Assembly: GCA_963674735.2 (NCBI GenBank)
Contig: CAXXQS010000001.1
Location: forward strand, 320,001-384,000
From: Myxococcota bacterium
Lineage (GTDB): Bacteria; Myxococcota_A; SURF-8
Length of the DNA: 64,000 bases
Reading direction: 5' to 3'
In this document: piece by piece, positions 40,522 through 54,192 of the stretch
Layout: every line of letters starts with the position of its first letter
Position numbering within the stretch: position 1 is the first letter of the stretch
Notes under the pieces: generated by a model
What the model saw: only the letters and a program-made list of their open reading frames with translations
Databases searched by the model: none
Told to the model about the DNA's origin: nothing
Position numbers and translations under genes: made by a program

Positions 40522-40998
40522 ATGTCCGAGCATAACGAGCAGACGGCGGCAAACAAAAGTCGTCGCCGTTTTCTGGCCTTGACGGGAGTTGCGACGGTGG
40601 TCTGGGTAGGTGCCGCCGCCTATCCCGTGATTCGCTATATCAGTCCCATTCCCGCGCCCGATCCGTTCGGCGAGGATGGCCGGGCGAAGGTGGAGGGCAT
40701 CGTGCCTGCCGATATCCTTAAACCGGGCATGGGAAAGAGCGGGGCTTATGGCAGTCGTGGGCTGGTGGTTTTTCGCCGTCCCGACGGCACTACCGGTGCG
40801 CTGGATGCGAAATGCACCCACGCCGGCTGTAACGTGACCTTTGCGGGCGACCACATCGAGTGCCATTGCCACGGCGGTCTGTATGACCTCACCGGCAAGA
40901 ACGTCTCCGGGCCTCCCCCCAAACCGCTTACTCCGCTTAAGCTGGTCGAAGCCGACGGCGTCCTGTACGTCGAACGCGTGAAACCCTTGAAGGCCTGA
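40522..40998 (+). CDS. qcrA: Rieske [2Fe-2S] protein with Tat anchor
   Basis: AAGGAG RBS; SRRRFL twin arginine plus TM; CTHAGC...CHCHGG; GPPPKPL. Confidence 0.92.
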   Translation: MSEHNEQTAANKSRRRFLALTGVATVVWVGAAAYPVIRYISPIPAPDPFGEDGRAKVEGIVPADILKPGMGKSGAYGSRGLVVFRRPDGTTGALDAKCTHAGCNVTFAGDHIECHCHGGLYDLTGKNVSGPPPKPLTPLKLVEADGVLYVERVKPLKA

Positions 40999-41024
40999 AC
41001 CAGGCGACGCGAAAGGACCGATCC

Positions 41025-42143
41025 ATGGAACTGGACCCACGTTTCGCCGACGTTCCGGAAGACGCGGAACAGCAACTTCCTCCCTCCGACAAGCCCACGG
41101 GTATGGCGGCGCGCTTCGTTTTGCGACGCTTCCCCGTTTGGCCGCTGATTGCCTGGATGCTCAAGAAGAAAGTCCCGGTGCATCGTCACAGCATCTGGTA
41201 CACCATGGGTGGCGCGGCGATGTTTTTCTTCATCGTGCAGGTCGTCACGGGCATCCTGCTGATGATCTACTACAAACCGGGCCAGCCCTGGCAGTCGGTG
41301 CAGCGCATCGTGATGGAAGTGCCGTTCGGGGCGTTGATTCGCAGTGTGCATCATTGGAGCGCCAACCTGATGATCTTGATTCTGGCGCTGCATTTCTTCA
41401 GCACCTTTTTCATGAAGGCTTACCGCGCCCCGCGCGAATTTACCTGGCTGACCGGCATCGGGCTGCTGGCCCTGACCATGACGCTCGGTTTTTCGGGCTA
41501 CATGCTGCCTTGGGACGACGTCGCGTTTTTCGCCTCCCGCGTCGGGATCGGCGAACTGGAGAAGTCCCCGTTGATCGGACCCCTGTTGGCCGACATCGCC
41601 CGTGGCGGTCCCGATATCACCCTTGATACCGTTGGTCGATTCTTCATGTTGCATGTCTTTTTGCTGCCGCTGACCTTGATGGGCCTTCTGGGCTTGCACC
41701 TCTTTTTCATTCAGGTGCAAGGCGTCAGTGAACCCGACAGTTTCGCCGCGCAGCCGCCGGAGAAGAAGCGCTACCACAAGTTCTGGGAGTTCATGGTGGG
41801 CGAGATTCCCATCTGGCTGTTCTTGGGGGTGTTGCTCGTGGCGCTCTCGGCGCTGTTGCCGCGTACCTTGGAGCCGGAAGCCGATCCTTTCGCCCCGGCG
41901 CCTTTGGGGATCAAACCGGAGTGGTATTTCCTGTTTCCCTTCCAGGTGCTGAAGCTGTTCCCGGGGTCGCTGGAATTCGTGGGGATGGCGTTGACGGGTC
42001 TGATTCCGGCGGCGGCGGTTATGCTGCCGTTTGTCGACCGATCCGTCCCAGCCGATCAGCGCGGCAAGATGATTTCGCGGGCCGGTTTCGCTCTCCTGGT
42101 CGTGATCCTGTCGTTCACGATCTGGGGTTGGCTATCTAAATGA
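41025..42143 (+). CDS. qcrB: Cytochrome b (b6 and subunit IV in one chain) of a Rieske/cyt b complex
   Basis: QVVTGILL, RSVHHWSA, LHF, PREFTWLTG, GYMLPW, RFFMLH...LH, KPEWYF. Confidence 0.93.
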   Translation: MELDPRFADVPEDAEQQLPPSDKPTGMAARFVLRRFPVWPLIAWMLKKKVPVHRHSIWYTMGGAAMFFFIVQVVTGILLMIYYKPGQPWQSVQRIVMEVPFGALIRSVHHWSANLMILILALHFFSTFFMKAYRAPREFTWLTGIGLLALTMTLGFSGYMLPWDDVAFFASRVGIGELEKSPLIGPLLADIARGGPDITLDTVGRFFMLHVFLLPLTLMGLLGLHLFFIQVQGVSEPDSFAAQPPEKKRYHKFWEFMVGEIPIWLFLGVLLVALSALLPRTLEPEADPFAPAPLGIKPEWYFLFPFQVLKLFPGSLEFVGMALTGLIPAAAVMLPFVDRSVPADQRGKMISRAGFALLVVILSFTIWGWLSK

Positions 42144-42159
42144 AGGAGAGGAGACAGCG

Positions 42160-43638
42160 ATGAATTATCCGGTTTGGGACCTTCCTTTCCTGGGCAGCGG
42201 AATTGTCGTGGCGATTATCGCCGTGATCCACGTGCTGATTTCCCATTTCGCCGTTGGGGGCGGGGCGTTTCTGTTCGTGGCCGAGTGGTGGTCGGGAAAC
42301 GATCCCGACGGCGACCGCATCCGTGCCTGGCTGCATAAATTTCTCACCTTTTTCCTGGTGTTTACCACCGTTTTCGGGGCTATCACCGGCGTGGGTATCT
42401 GGTTCTCGATTCAACTCGCCAGCCCCGAGGCCACCAGCCTCCTGATCCATCAGTTCGTCTTCGCCTGGGCGGCGGAGTGGGTGGTGTTCCTGGCTGAACT
42501 GACCATTTTGTACTTCTACTACTACGGTTGGAAGGCCAACTCGCGCCGCATGCAGGTGTTTCTGTCCGGTGCCTATTTCGTTATCAGCTGGTTCTCGCTG
42601 TTCATCATCGTCGGGATCTTGGGCTTCATGCTCACGCCGGGCAACTGGACGCTCGAAAATCCCAGCGTGTATGAGGGCTTCTTCAATCCAACCTACTGGC
42701 CGATGCTGTTCGGGCGTACCCTGATCATGTTTTTGCTGGCCGGACTCGGCGGGTTGGTGATTGCCAGCCGCATCGAGCACGAAGCATTCAAAACCCGCAT
42801 CGTGCATTTCTGTGTGAAGTGGGTCATCCCGGCTGCTTTTTTGATTCCGATTTTCGCCTACTGGTATTGGACGGCCTTACCCGAAAACACGGTGAAGCTG
42901 GTCACGGGAGGCGTGACGGGCGTGATGGGCGGCAAAATGGAATCCATCACGACCTATGCCATTTTGCTGAGTGTGTCCGGTGCGGTGATCATGCTCAGTG
43001 CGTTGCTATTGGCCATTCGGCCCCAGGCTTTGACCCGCGCGGCGGCGGTGGCGTTGCTGTTGGTGGCGTTGCTGGGTATTATGGGCGGCGAGTTCTTCCG
43101 TGAAATGGCGCGCAAGCCATACGTGGTTTACGGCTATCTCTACTCCAACTCACTTTGGAAACACAAGGCGGATGAGCCGGGGTATCTGGCCAAGCCTTAC
43201 TTCGAGGCGTCCCGCTGGGATCCGCCGGTGGAAGCGTTGAGTCCACAGCACGGCGAGTGGTTGTTCCGGCTGCAATGCGCCAACTGCCACACTTTGAACG
43301 GTTATCGCTCGCTGACGACGCGTACCGTCAACTGGAGTGGCGAATTCGGGTATTCCTGGCTCGACCAGACCATGCCCACCCAGGGCGTCATGCCGCCGTT
43401 TCAGGGGTCTCGGGAAGACAAAGCTGCGCTGTCCGCTTATCTGATCTCGCTGCAGAGTGAGGGGGAAAAACAAACGGCCTCCGAAATTCTGGCGGTGCTT
43501 AAAGCCAAGGAGGTCGCCAAGCTCGAAAAGGAAGCGGCCGTGCCTTCCCCCGCTGTGGCGAACGACCCGGTGCCTGCGAAGGAGTCTCCCGAAAATCAGC
43601 CCGATGTTCAGCCGACCGGAGAGGGGGTGTTGCCATGA
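42160..43638 (+). CDS. Cytochrome bd subunit I (CydA)-like protein fused to a C-terminal monoheme cytochrome c
   Basis: HVLISHFAVG, GAITGVGIW, AEWVVFLAE, FMLTP, REMARKPY; CANCH and MPPF axial Met; no Q-loop. Confidence 0.85.
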   Translation: MNYPVWDLPFLGSGIVVAIIAVIHVLISHFAVGGGAFLFVAEWWSGNDPDGDRIRAWLHKFLTFFLVFTTVFGAITGVGIWFSIQLASPEATSLLIHQFVFAWAAEWVVFLAELTILYFYYYGWKANSRRMQVFLSGAYFVISWFSLFIIVGILGFMLTPGNWTLENPSVYEGFFNPTYWPMLFGRTLIMFLLAGLGGLVIASRIEHEAFKTRIVHFCVKWVIPAAFLIPIFAYWYWTALPENTVKLVTGGVTGVMGGKMESITTYAILLSVSGAVIMLSALLLAIRPQALTRAAAVALLLVALLGIMGGEFFREMARKPYVVYGYLYSNSLWKHKADEPGYLAKPYFEASRWDPPVEALSPQHGEWLFRLQCANCHTLNGYRSLTTRTVNWSGEFGYSWLDQTMPTQGVMPPFQGSREDKAALSAYLISLQSEGEKQTASEILAVLKAKEVAKLEKEAAVPSPAVANDPVPAKESPENQPDVQPTGEGVLP

Positions 43639-44789
43639 CCGCGTTGACGTTGATACACAGCTGGCAGCAAACCGTCACCCAGGTGATCATGCCTTCCGCC
43701 GATCCACTCGGCTATCCGGTGCCGCCGCTGTTCCTCCAACTGTTGGCCTATCTCACGCTGGCGATCCACTTGTTGGCCATGAATTTCACCCTTGGGGGTG
43801 CGGGGCTGTACTTGTGGACGCGCGTTCGCAAGGGCGCGCATGCAGATGGACAGGCGCGCTATCTGGGCGGTTCGTTGCCGCTGGGATTCTCGTATCTGGT
43901 AACCTTCGGCATTCCGCCGCTGCTGTTCGTCCAGGTGATGTACGGCCAGATGTTCTACTCCACCTCCGTGTTGCTCGGGGTCTTCTGGATCATGGTGATT
44001 CCGCTGTTGATCATGGCGTATGCCGCCTTCTACTACCACAAGCTGACCCGCGTAAGCCACCCCGGCGAATTGCCCTGGCTGCCCATCGCCATCGGATTCG
44101 CGGGCATGCTGGCCGTGGGTTTCATCTATGTCAACAACCTGACCCTGACGCTCACCCCGGAAAAGTGGAGCGCCATCTATGCCGCCGATCCGAGCGGGGC
44201 CAATCTCAATCTCGACGAACCGACCCTGATTCCGCGCTTTCTGCTGTTTATCGTTCCGGCGCTGGCCGTGGCCGGGCTGGGGTTGATCTTTCGCGGAACC
44301 GTGTTGTTGCGCTGGGGGCTGTCCGAAGAAGGACGGGCCTCGCAGCGTTTCGGAATCAAGGCGATGGTGGTTGGCTTGGTTTTGGAACTTTTCGCCGGTA
44401 TCGCCGTGGCGCTCACGCTGCCCGAGACGGTGGCGGCGCAGGCCTTCAGCGGGATGCCGCTTCTTCTGCTGGGAGCCGGGGTCATTCTGGTGACGGTGGC
44501 GGTGACGATGGCCGGTTTGTCTCTCGGGCGCAGCGCGCTGTTATTCCCCGTCGCATCGGCGACGTTGTTGCTGCTCGGCGTTGCATTCATGGCTGCTTTT
44601 CGCGATCAGGTGCGCTTGGCCTACCTGGTGTCATCGTTCAGCCTGTCGGACGTTCCGGTGCTTACTCAGTGGGGCATGTTCGGGATATTCCTGGCCACGT
44701 TCCTGGTCGGTACGGTCTTTTTGATCGTGGTTTTGGTCAAGGTGGCGGGCAATATCGCACGGCGTTCGCGGGAGGAATTGACCGCCTGA
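43635..44789 (+). CDS. Multi-TM partner subunit, probable divergent CydA paralogue
   Basis: ATGA overlap; IHLLAMNFTLG, VTFGIPPLLFVQVMYG, PRFL, RDQVR; about 10 TM helices. Confidence 0.7.
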   Translation: MTALTLIHSWQQTVTQVIMPSADPLGYPVPPLFLQLLAYLTLAIHLLAMNFTLGGAGLYLWTRVRKGAHADGQARYLGGSLPLGFSYLVTFGIPPLLFVQVMYGQMFYSTSVLLGVFWIMVIPLLIMAYAAFYYHKLTRVSHPGELPWLPIAIGFAGMLAVGFIYVNNLTLTLTPEKWSAIYAADPSGANLNLDEPTLIPRFLLFIVPALAVAGLGLIFRGTVLLRWGLSEEGRASQRFGIKAMVVGLVLELFAGIAVALTLPETVAAQAFSGMPLLLLGAGVILVTVAVTMAGLSLGRSALLFPVASATLLLLGVAFMAAFRDQVRLAYLVSSFSLSDVPVLTQWGMFGIFLATFLVGTVFLIVVLVKVAGNIARRSREELTA

Positions 44790-44823
44790 TCTTTCGAAGG
44801 ACCGCATCCTGAATGTTACCTTT

Positions 44824-44851
44824 AAGCCGCCTGCGGGCGGCTTGTTTTTTT
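44824..44851 (+). terminator. Rho-independent terminator
   Basis: AAGCCGCC-TGCG-GGCGGCTT then G and T7. Confidence 0.85.
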
Positions 44852-44880
44852 GGGCGTGACAAAATCCGAAATAGACTGGC

Positions 44881-44910
44881 TTGCATCGGTATCCTACTTT
44901 CAGTATGGTA
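44881..44910 (+). promoter_or_regulatory. copZA promoter overlapped by a CsoR-like inverted repeat
   Basis: TTGCAT-17 bp-TATGGT; TATCCTAC-N5-GTATGGTA at 44890-44910. Confidence 0.5.
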
Positions 44911-44940
44911 AGGATGCATATTGGTTGAAAGGATGAAGCG

Positions 44941-45147
44941 ATGAACGAGAAAACATTTGTAGTTCCGAATATTTCATGCGGTCATTGCGCCCTGGCTATC
45001 AAAAACGAACTGGGCGATCAGCCCGGAATCGACGTGGTTGATATCGACTCCGCGACCAAACAGGTGACCGTCCGCTGGGACGACCCGGCCAGTTGGGACG
45101 GCATCGTCGAGAGTTTGAAGGAAATCGGCTATCCCCCGGCGGCGTGA
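44941..45147 (+). CDS. copZ: Copper chaperone
   Basis: 68 aa HMA domain, ISCGHC, IGY. Confidence 0.9.
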   Translation: MNEKTFVVPNISCGHCALAIKNELGDQPGIDVVDIDSATKQVTVRWDDPASWDGIVESLKEIGYPPAA

Positions 45148-45160
45148 GACCGAAGCCGCC

Positions 45161-47425
45161 ATGACATCTTCAAAAAATCAGGTTTCCGGCGACTGTCGCG
45201 CCGAATTCGCCGTGATCGGCATGACCTGCGCCAACTGTGCCATGAACGTGGAGCGGACGCTTTTGCGCAAAGTTCCCGGAGTTGCGTCGGCGGCGGTCAA
45301 TCTGGCCACCGAACGGGTCGAGGTTTGTTACGACCCGCGACAGGCTGACTTCGAGGTGTTGTCCAAGGCCGTCGCCAAAGCCGGTTTCCAGTTGGTCGAA
45401 ACCGCCGACGAGGATGACGGACCCGATGAAGAGCAGGCGGCCCGTGCGGCCGAACTGAAACGCGAAGGGCGCGCGCTGGCGGTGGGCTTGCTGTTGACCG
45501 TGCCGTTATTCGTGATCAGTATGGGGCGCGACTTCGGGGTTTGGGGCGACTGGGCGCAGGCTGACTGGGTGAATACCCTGTTCTTCCTGCTGGCGACGCC
45601 GGTGCAGTTGTACGTGGGCTGGGGTTATTATGTCGGTGGTTTCAGAAGCCTGCGTTCCGGCGTGGCCAACATGGATGTGCTGGTGGCGTTGGGGTCCAGT
45701 GTGGCCTATGTCTACTCGCTTGTTGTCTGGCTTGCTCCGGGACTCAACGGACATGTTTATTTCGAAACCTCGGCCATGATCATCACCCTCATCAAGGTGG
45801 GCAAATGGATCGAGGCGCGCGCGCGCGGCAAGACCTCCGGGGCGATTCGTGCGTTGATGGACCTCGCACCGCCCGTTGCCAGACGCATCGAGGCCGATGG
45901 TCGTGAGTTGGAACTGCGTGTGGAGCAGGTGCGGGTGGGCGACCGGCTGGCCGTGCGTCCCGGCGAACGTTTGCCGGTGGACGGCGTGGTGCTGGCCGGT
46001 ACCTCGGCGGTGGATGAAAGTTTGATAACCGGCGAGCCCATCCCGGTGGACAAAACGCCCGGCGACCCGGTTTTCGGGGCGACGTTGAATCATCAGGGGC
46101 GGCTAGAAATCGAGGCGAAAGCCGTGGGACGCGAAACGTTGCTGGCGCAGATCGTGCGGCTGGTCCGGCGCGCTCAGGGAAGCAAGGCTCCCATGCAGCG
46201 ACTGGCGGATCGGGTGGCGGCGGTATTCGTCCCGGCTATCCTCGTCATCGCCTTCATCACGTTTCTGGTCTGGTGGAGCGTCGGTGGCGATTTCACCCCG
46301 GCTCTGATTCGCATGGTGGCGGTCTTGGTGATCGCCTGCCCCTGTGCCATGGGACTCGCCACGCCGACGGCGATCGTGGTGGGGATGGGCAAGGGCGCGC
46401 AACAAGGTATTTTATTCAAAGACAGTGCGGCGCTTGAGCGTGCGGGACGCATCGAGACGGTTCTGCTGGACAAGACTGGAACGCTTACGGCCGGGCGGCC
46501 ACAGGTGACGGATGTCCTGTCTTTGGGTGATTTCGAGGTTGCGGAAGCCTTGGCTTGGGCGGCGGGGGCTGAACGGGCTTCCGGCCATCCTCTGGCATTG
46601 GCCATCGTCGAAGAAGCGAAGCGGCGCGGACTCCCCGAGTTGAGTTCCCAGGACGCGCTTGAAACGAGCGGCGTCGGCGTCACGGCGCGGGTGGACAATC
46701 ATGACTTGTGGGTGGGGCGTCCCGAATCGTTTTCGCCTGCCCGGCAGACGGCGGAGGTGATCGACTCTACGGCGCGGTTGGCAGGGGAGGGCAAGTCGCT
46801 GGTGTTGGCTGCCGTGGACGGTCGGCCTGCTTTGCTGGTGGCGTTGGCCGATCCTCCCAAGCCCGGTGCAGCGGAGGCGGTGGCGGGTTTGCAGCGTTTG
46901 GGATTACGGGTGGTGATGCTCTCCGGCGATCGGCGCGTCGCCGCGGAAAACGTCGCGTCTCAGGTGGGGATTCGTCACGTATTGGCCGAAGTCAAACCCG
47001 ACGGCAAAGAAACTGAAGTGCTGCGTGAACAGAACGAGGGACGTGTGTGCGTGGCCATGGTCGGCGATGGTATCAACGACGCACCGGCCCTGGCGCGAGC
47101 GGATGTTGGCATCGCCATCGGATCGGGAGCGGATGTCGCCAAGGAAACCGCTGCCGTCACGTTGGTGGGTGGGGATCTGCTGGGAGTCGTCCGCTCCATC
47201 CACCTATCCAGACAAACGATGGTGACGATTCGGCAAAATCTATTTTGGGCCTTCTTTTACAATGTCACGTTGATTCCGGTGGCGGCGGGACTGTTTCACG
47301 GGGTCGAAAGCTTGCCTGGGTTTATCCGCGATCTGCATCCCGCTATGGCGGCGGGTGCCATGGCTATCTCCAGTGTGACGGTGGTATTGAACAGTCTGCG
47401 ACTGGCCGGTAAACAAACCGGTTAA
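45161..47425 (+). CDS. copA: Cu(I)-translocating P1B-type ATPase
   Basis: [38 protein letters not shown]. Confidence 0.95.
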   Translation: MTSSKNQVSGDCRAEFAVIGMTCANCAMNVERTLLRKVPGVASAAVNLATERVEVCYDPRQADFEVLSKAVAKAGFQLVETADEDDGPDEEQAARAAELKREGRALAVGLLLTVPLFVISMGRDFGVWGDWAQADWVNTLFFLLATPVQLYVGWGYYVGGFRSLRSGVANMDVLVALGSSVAYVYSLVVWLAPGLNGHVYFETSAMIITLIKVGKWIEARARGKTSGAIRALMDLAPPVARRIEADGRELELRVEQVRVGDRLAVRPGERLPVDGVVLAGTSAVDESLITGEPIPVDKTPGDPVFGATLNHQGRLEIEAKAVGRETLLAQIVRLVRRAQGSKAPMQRLADRVAAVFVPAILVIAFITFLVWWSVGGDFTPALIRMVAVLVIACPCAMGLATPTAIVVGMGKGAQQGILFKDSAALERAGRIETVLLDKTGTLTAGRPQVTDVLSLGDFEVAEALAWAAGAERASGHPLALAIVEEAKRRGLPELSSQDALETSGVGVTARVDNHDLWVGRPESFSPARQTAEVIDSTARLAGEGKSLVLAAVDGRPALLVALADPPKPGAAEAVAGLQRLGLRVVMLSGDRRVAAENVASQVGIRHVLAEVKPDGKETEVLREQNEGRVCVAMVGDGINDAPALARADVGIAIGSGADVAKETAAVTLVGGDLLGVVRSIHLSRQTMVTIRQNLFWAFFYNVTLIPVAAGLFHGVESLPGFIRDLHPAMAAGAMAISSVTVVLNSLRLAGKQTG

Positions 47426-47451
47426 GCTGTTTTGTTGCACAAAAGGAAGGT

Positions 47452-47476
47452 GGGCGGCGGAACAAAGCCGCCGCCC
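47452..47476. terminator. Stem-loop between convergent copA and MCP genes
   Basis: GGGCGGCGG-AACAAAG-CCGCCGCCC. Confidence 0.6.
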
Positions 47477-47493
47477 GTGGAGAGTGGAGCCTC

Positions 47494-49623
47494 TCAGAAG
47501 TCTTGCAAATCAGGATCATCCTCTAAGGGGATAATATCGCGGGGGCTGACATGGATGCCGCTTTTTTTCTCGGGGGCGGAGAAATTCGACATCCGTTGGG
47601 GGGTGTTTCGTTTGTGTGTCTTGGCTTGGTAGCCGTTCAACTTGAAGCGGCCGACCAGCGAGTTCAACTCTTGCGCCTGGCTCGATAGTTCTTCGGAAGC
47701 GCTGGACGACTCTTCGGCATTGGCGGCGTTTTGCTGAGTGACCAGGTTCATCTGGCTGATCGCCGAGTTGACCTGATCGATACCGTGGGACTGCTCAGCG
47801 CTGGCGGCGGTAATTTCATCGACGATACTGGTTACTTCACCGATACCATTGACAATTTCTCCCAAGTTTCCATGCACCTGTTTCGACATGCTTTCGCCGC
47901 CTTCCGCCAGGGTCATGGACTGGTTGATCAGTTCTTCCGTCTTTTTGGCGGCGTCTTTGGCGCGGCCGGCGAGGTTTCGTACTTCCTCGGCCACCACCGC
48001 GAAACCGCGTCCCGCTTCACCCGCGCGCGCCGCTTCCACGGCCGCGTTAAGCGCCAGCAGGTTGGTTTGGAAGGCGATCTCGTTGATGTCGCGAATGATC
48101 TGGGCGGTTCCCACCGCGGCCGAGCGGATTTGTGTCATGGCGGCCATCATCTCGTTCATGGCCTCGCTGCCACGGTCGGCGGCGTCTTTGGCTTGGCTCG
48201 CCTTGGTTTTGGCCTGATGGGTGTTGTCGGCGTTTTGGGCCACGATGCTGGACATTTCTTCCAGGGAACTGGATGTCTCTTCCAGGGACGAGGCTTGTTC
48301 CGATGCTCCCGAGGCTACGCCCTGCGAACCTTGCGCGATCTGGTCGCTGGCGGCGGCGATCTGCGTGACCGAGTCGGCTACTTGAATCATGGCTTTGTTC
48401 TGAGCGGTAACCGCTGAATTGAGATTTCGCATGATTTCCAGGAAGTCGCCGCTATACCCGCTTGTGTCGATTTGCGAGCTCAGATCATTGGCAGCCATTT
48501 TTTGTGCAAGATCCATGACATTGACGATGCATTTCTTGCGTTCACTGATGTCGAGTACATATTCGAGCGCACCGATGACATTGCCTTGTGTGTCGCGCAC
48601 CGGTGAACCGGTGTATTCGATAGGCATGTTCAGACCATGCGGGTCGGCGACGGTTTCGCCGTTGCGGATATCGTTGCTGTCCATTGCTTGTTTGCAGCGG
48701 CAATCGCCGGTGTTGCAGTGCGGCGTTTTGAACAGATCGTAGCATTTCCGCCCCTTGAGGGATTCCTGGTCCGCACCCAGGAGTCCGGCGCCGGTTTTGT
48801 TCATGTAGCGTACCGAGAATTGCTTGTCAATCACCATCACCGGAGTGGGGATGCTATCGAGGTAGCTGACCTTGATCAGGGCGTCTTCCATCGCGGCTTT
48901 GGTCTCGGTGATATCCACCACGTATTCCACGGCACCGATGATTTTGCCGTCTTTATCGCGGATGGGACCGCCGGTGTACTGGATCGGTAGATTGAGACCG
49001 CTGGGGTCGGCAACGGTTTCGCCCGTGCGAACGTCACCGGTTTCCATGGCTTGCTTGCAGCGGCATTCCGGTGTGTTGCAATGGGGGGTTTTGAACAGCT
49101 CGTAACACTTTTTGCCGACAACGCTTTCACGTGTCAATCCCACTAGTTTGGCCCCGAAATCGTTCATGTAAGTGACATTGAAGTTGGTGTCGATCTGCAT
49201 GATCGGGGTAGGAAGAGCGTTGATCGATTGACTGAGCTCGCCATAGAGCTCTTCCCACTTGCTGCCCGCATCCAAGACTCCGACCGCGCCGATGGGGTTG
49301 GGTTTGCCGTTGTATACCGGCTTTGCCTGGAAGCGGACCGTGAACGTCTCTTTGCTGGACGGATGTATTATATCAAAAGCTTCGATGATATCTTCCCGCT
49401 CATGTTTAAGCGCTTGGTCGGCAGGGGTAGAGCGCATACCGCGAAAGCCATCCGAGGCCGGTTTGCCGAGCATCTGGACAGCGGAGAGGCCGGTCAGTTC
49501 CGCTAAAGCTTCATTCCAGTAGGTCACTTTGCCTGCTTCGTTGATCGTAAACGCCGGTTTCGGAATGGCCGAGACGAGCAGGTTCTGCATTTTTCCATGT
49601 CCCAGTTTGTTCCACGGTGCCAT
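47494..49623 (-). CDS. Soluble methyl-accepting chemotaxis protein with three PAS domains
   Basis: No TM; two duplicated PAS with CY(E/D)[14 protein letters not shown]; [34 protein letters not shown]; C-terminal DLQDF pentapeptide. Confidence 0.94.
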   Translation of the reverse strand: MAPWNKLGHGKMQNLLVSAIPKPAFTINEAGKVTYWNEALAELTGLSAVQMLGKPASDGFRGMRSTPADQALKHEREDIIEAFDIIHPSSKETFTVRFQAKPVYNGKPNPIGAVGVLDAGSKWEELYGELSQSINALPTPIMQIDTNFNVTYMNDFGAKLVGLTRESVVGKKCYELFKTPHCNTPECRCKQAMETGDVRTGETVADPSGLNLPIQYTGGPIRDKDGKIIGAVEYVVDITETKAAMEDALIKVSYLDSIPTPVMVIDKQFSVRYMNKTGAGLLGADQESLKGRKCYDLFKTPHCNTGDCRCKQAMDSNDIRNGETVADPHGLNMPIEYTGSPVRDTQGNVIGALEYVLDISERKKCIVNVMDLAQKMAANDLSSQIDTSGYSGDFLEIMRNLNSAVTAQNKAMIQVADSVTQIAAASDQIAQGSQGVASGASEQASSLEETSSSLEEMSSIVAQNADNTHQAKTKASQAKDAADRGSEAMNEMMAAMTQIRSAAVGTAQIIRDINEIAFQTNLLALNAAVEAARAGEAGRGFAVVAEEVRNLAGRAKDAAKKTEELINQSMTLAEGGESMSKQVHGNLGEIVNGIGEVTSIVDEITAASAEQSHGIDQVNSAISQMNLVTQQNAANAEESSSASEELSSQAQELNSLVGRFKLNGYQAKTHKRNTPQRMSNFSAPEKKSGIHVSPRDIIPLEDDPDLQDF

Positions 49624-50544
49624 GATTTCTCCTCCATGAGAGTAGTTTTAAAGAAAGCAGCCTAATTAAACGCAACATCGATAACGACCAGGCCAACCCA
49701 CGTCTACTCTCATACAGCTAGGCCCATGCGCGACAGTTTCACAAACGCGGGGTCGAGTTTCTTGGCTCCAATTTCGATCGTCAGGTCTGTTCCGGGGCTT
49801 GTTAACGAACGCTGTTTTCCCCGGCCCTGTCCATCGAATGCCACATTGCCTAAATACCCAGTTGCCATAGATAACGTCTGTTTTCCGATTTTCTTTAAAT
49901 ATATCTTTCAATGTTTACAACAATTTTATAAATATTTGAAAACACAGGTATAAACAGTCCTGTCGGGTTTGTGATAGGGATCATAAAAGTGACAACGAGG
50001 TAAAAACTCTCTTCACCGTGAAAATCCGGATCCTTCTAACAATGTCCTAACAATTGAGCGGCGTAAAATCCCGAAAGAGGGAAAAATCGAGCTAAATGTG
50101 CGTGGCAAAGCAGCGAAATCAGACACTCAGCGCCTCTGAAGGTTCTAAAAATTCTAATAATTGCATTGGCGGCGCTTCGATTTATCATCTACAATCGAAC
50201 TGAGAAGGAAGAGAATCGTTTCAAAGAATCTCTTTTTAGGAAGGTGCGGCTAAAAATCGGATGAATATGTTGAACATAATTTGGAATCGGGTAGCGACGG
50301 ATAAATTCGAAGTTATGCAATGTTTCGTTACCTTAAAGAGAGAAAGAAAGTGGCGGCAAAGGGGAAAATTGGAAGACGGGCCACAAAACGGTAAAGATTG
50401 CGCGGCATAAGGACGATAGTCTAAATAACGAGGCTGTCTCCGAAATTGATGTTGAAATGGTAAATCGTCGTGGACTGGATTGGGGAGGCGGTAAAGGCTG
50501 TTAAAGATTTCATATCGATCTTGACGCATAACCGGGAGTAAATC

Positions 50545-51018
50545 GTGAGTATGATCGAAAAGTTTGTTAAGCCGTTTATTCAGGCCACCATAGAATGTTT
50601 CGATACGATGGTTGATGTCGTTCCGCAGCCGAAAAACGTACGGGCTGAATTGCCTCCGGTAGCGCAATCGCATATTTGCGCTCTGATCGGTCTGTCGGGT
50701 GATGCTCAAGGTATGGTGTCGCTAAGCTTTAATCTGGACGTTTCACTGGCCGTGGTCAGCAACTTTATCGGAGAGCCGGTAACGGAAAGCGGTGAGGAAG
50801 TCTATGATGCGATTGGTGAGATTCTCAATATTATCGCAGGGGCGGCGAAAGCGTTGATTGTTGATTCCAAGATCATGATATCACTACCTTCGATTATGCA
50901 TGGTGAGAAATTTTTCATGTCGGTTCCCAAGGATGTCCAGGTGGTGACCGTCAGCTTCGAGTTGCCGGATATCGGGGAGTTTGAGTTGGCCGTTGGGCTG
51001 AAAAACAGCAACGCTTGA
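50545..51018 (+). CDS. cheX: Chemotaxis phosphatase CheX
   Basis: KPFIQAT, ALIGLSGDAQG, DAIGEILNIIAG, ISLPSI. Confidence 0.88.
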   Translation: MSMIEKFVKPFIQATIECFDTMVDVVPQPKNVRAELPPVAQSHICALIGLSGDAQGMVSLSFNLDVSLAVVSNFIGEPVTESGEEVYDAIGEILNIIAGAAKALIVDSKIMISLPSIMHGEKFFMSVPKDVQVVTVSFELPDIGEFELAVGLKNSNA

Positions 51019-51046
51019 GGTTATTTCCGTTTATCGGGAGGATACG

Positions 51047-51415
51047 ATGAAAATTCTTGTGGTCGATGATTCCAGCACGATGCGTAAGATCATTAAAAAG
51101 ACGATTCTTTTAGCGGGTGCTGATGAAGTGGTGGAAGCCGAGGATGGGCTCGATGCTTTGAAAAAGCTAAAAGAGCACGATCTGGGTTTTGATATGATCA
51201 TGCTGGACATCAACATGCCGAAAGTGGATGGCGTAACGACCCTGAAGCAACTCAAAGGCATGGAAAACACCAAGCATATACCCGTGGTGATGTGTACGTC
51301 GGAGGCTGAAAAAGAGATGGTGCTCGAATGCATCAAGGCTGGTGCCATGGATTATGTGGTCAAGCCGTTCACGAAAGAATTGATCGCCCAGAAGATTGCC
51401 AAAGTGAGCAAATAA
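51047..51415 (+). CDS. cheY: Single-domain response regulator, CheY-like
   Basis: [34 protein letters not shown]. Confidence 0.88.
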   Translation: MKILVVDDSSTMRKIIKKTILLAGADEVVEAEDGLDALKKLKEHDLGFDMIMLDINMPKVDGVTTLKQLKGMENTKHIPVVMCTSEAEKEMVLECIKAGAMDYVVKPFTKELIAQKIAKVSK

Positions 51416-51437
51416 CTCGAACCGACAGGCTTCAAGT

Positions 51438-54152
<2,715 letters not shown>

Positions 54153-54192
54153 CTGAAATACCGCGATAAGACATCTTTTTTACAACGTCCGT

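Noticed and set aside
43457-44812. 451-aa same-strand alternative-frame ORF
   Set aside because: Arg/Gly-rich and motif-free; the 43635-44789 frame gives a coherent membrane protein coupled to the upstream gene
50060-50150. c-di-GMP-I riboswitch upstream of cheX
   Set aside because: GAAA and GCAAAG fragments are present but not in the required order and pairing
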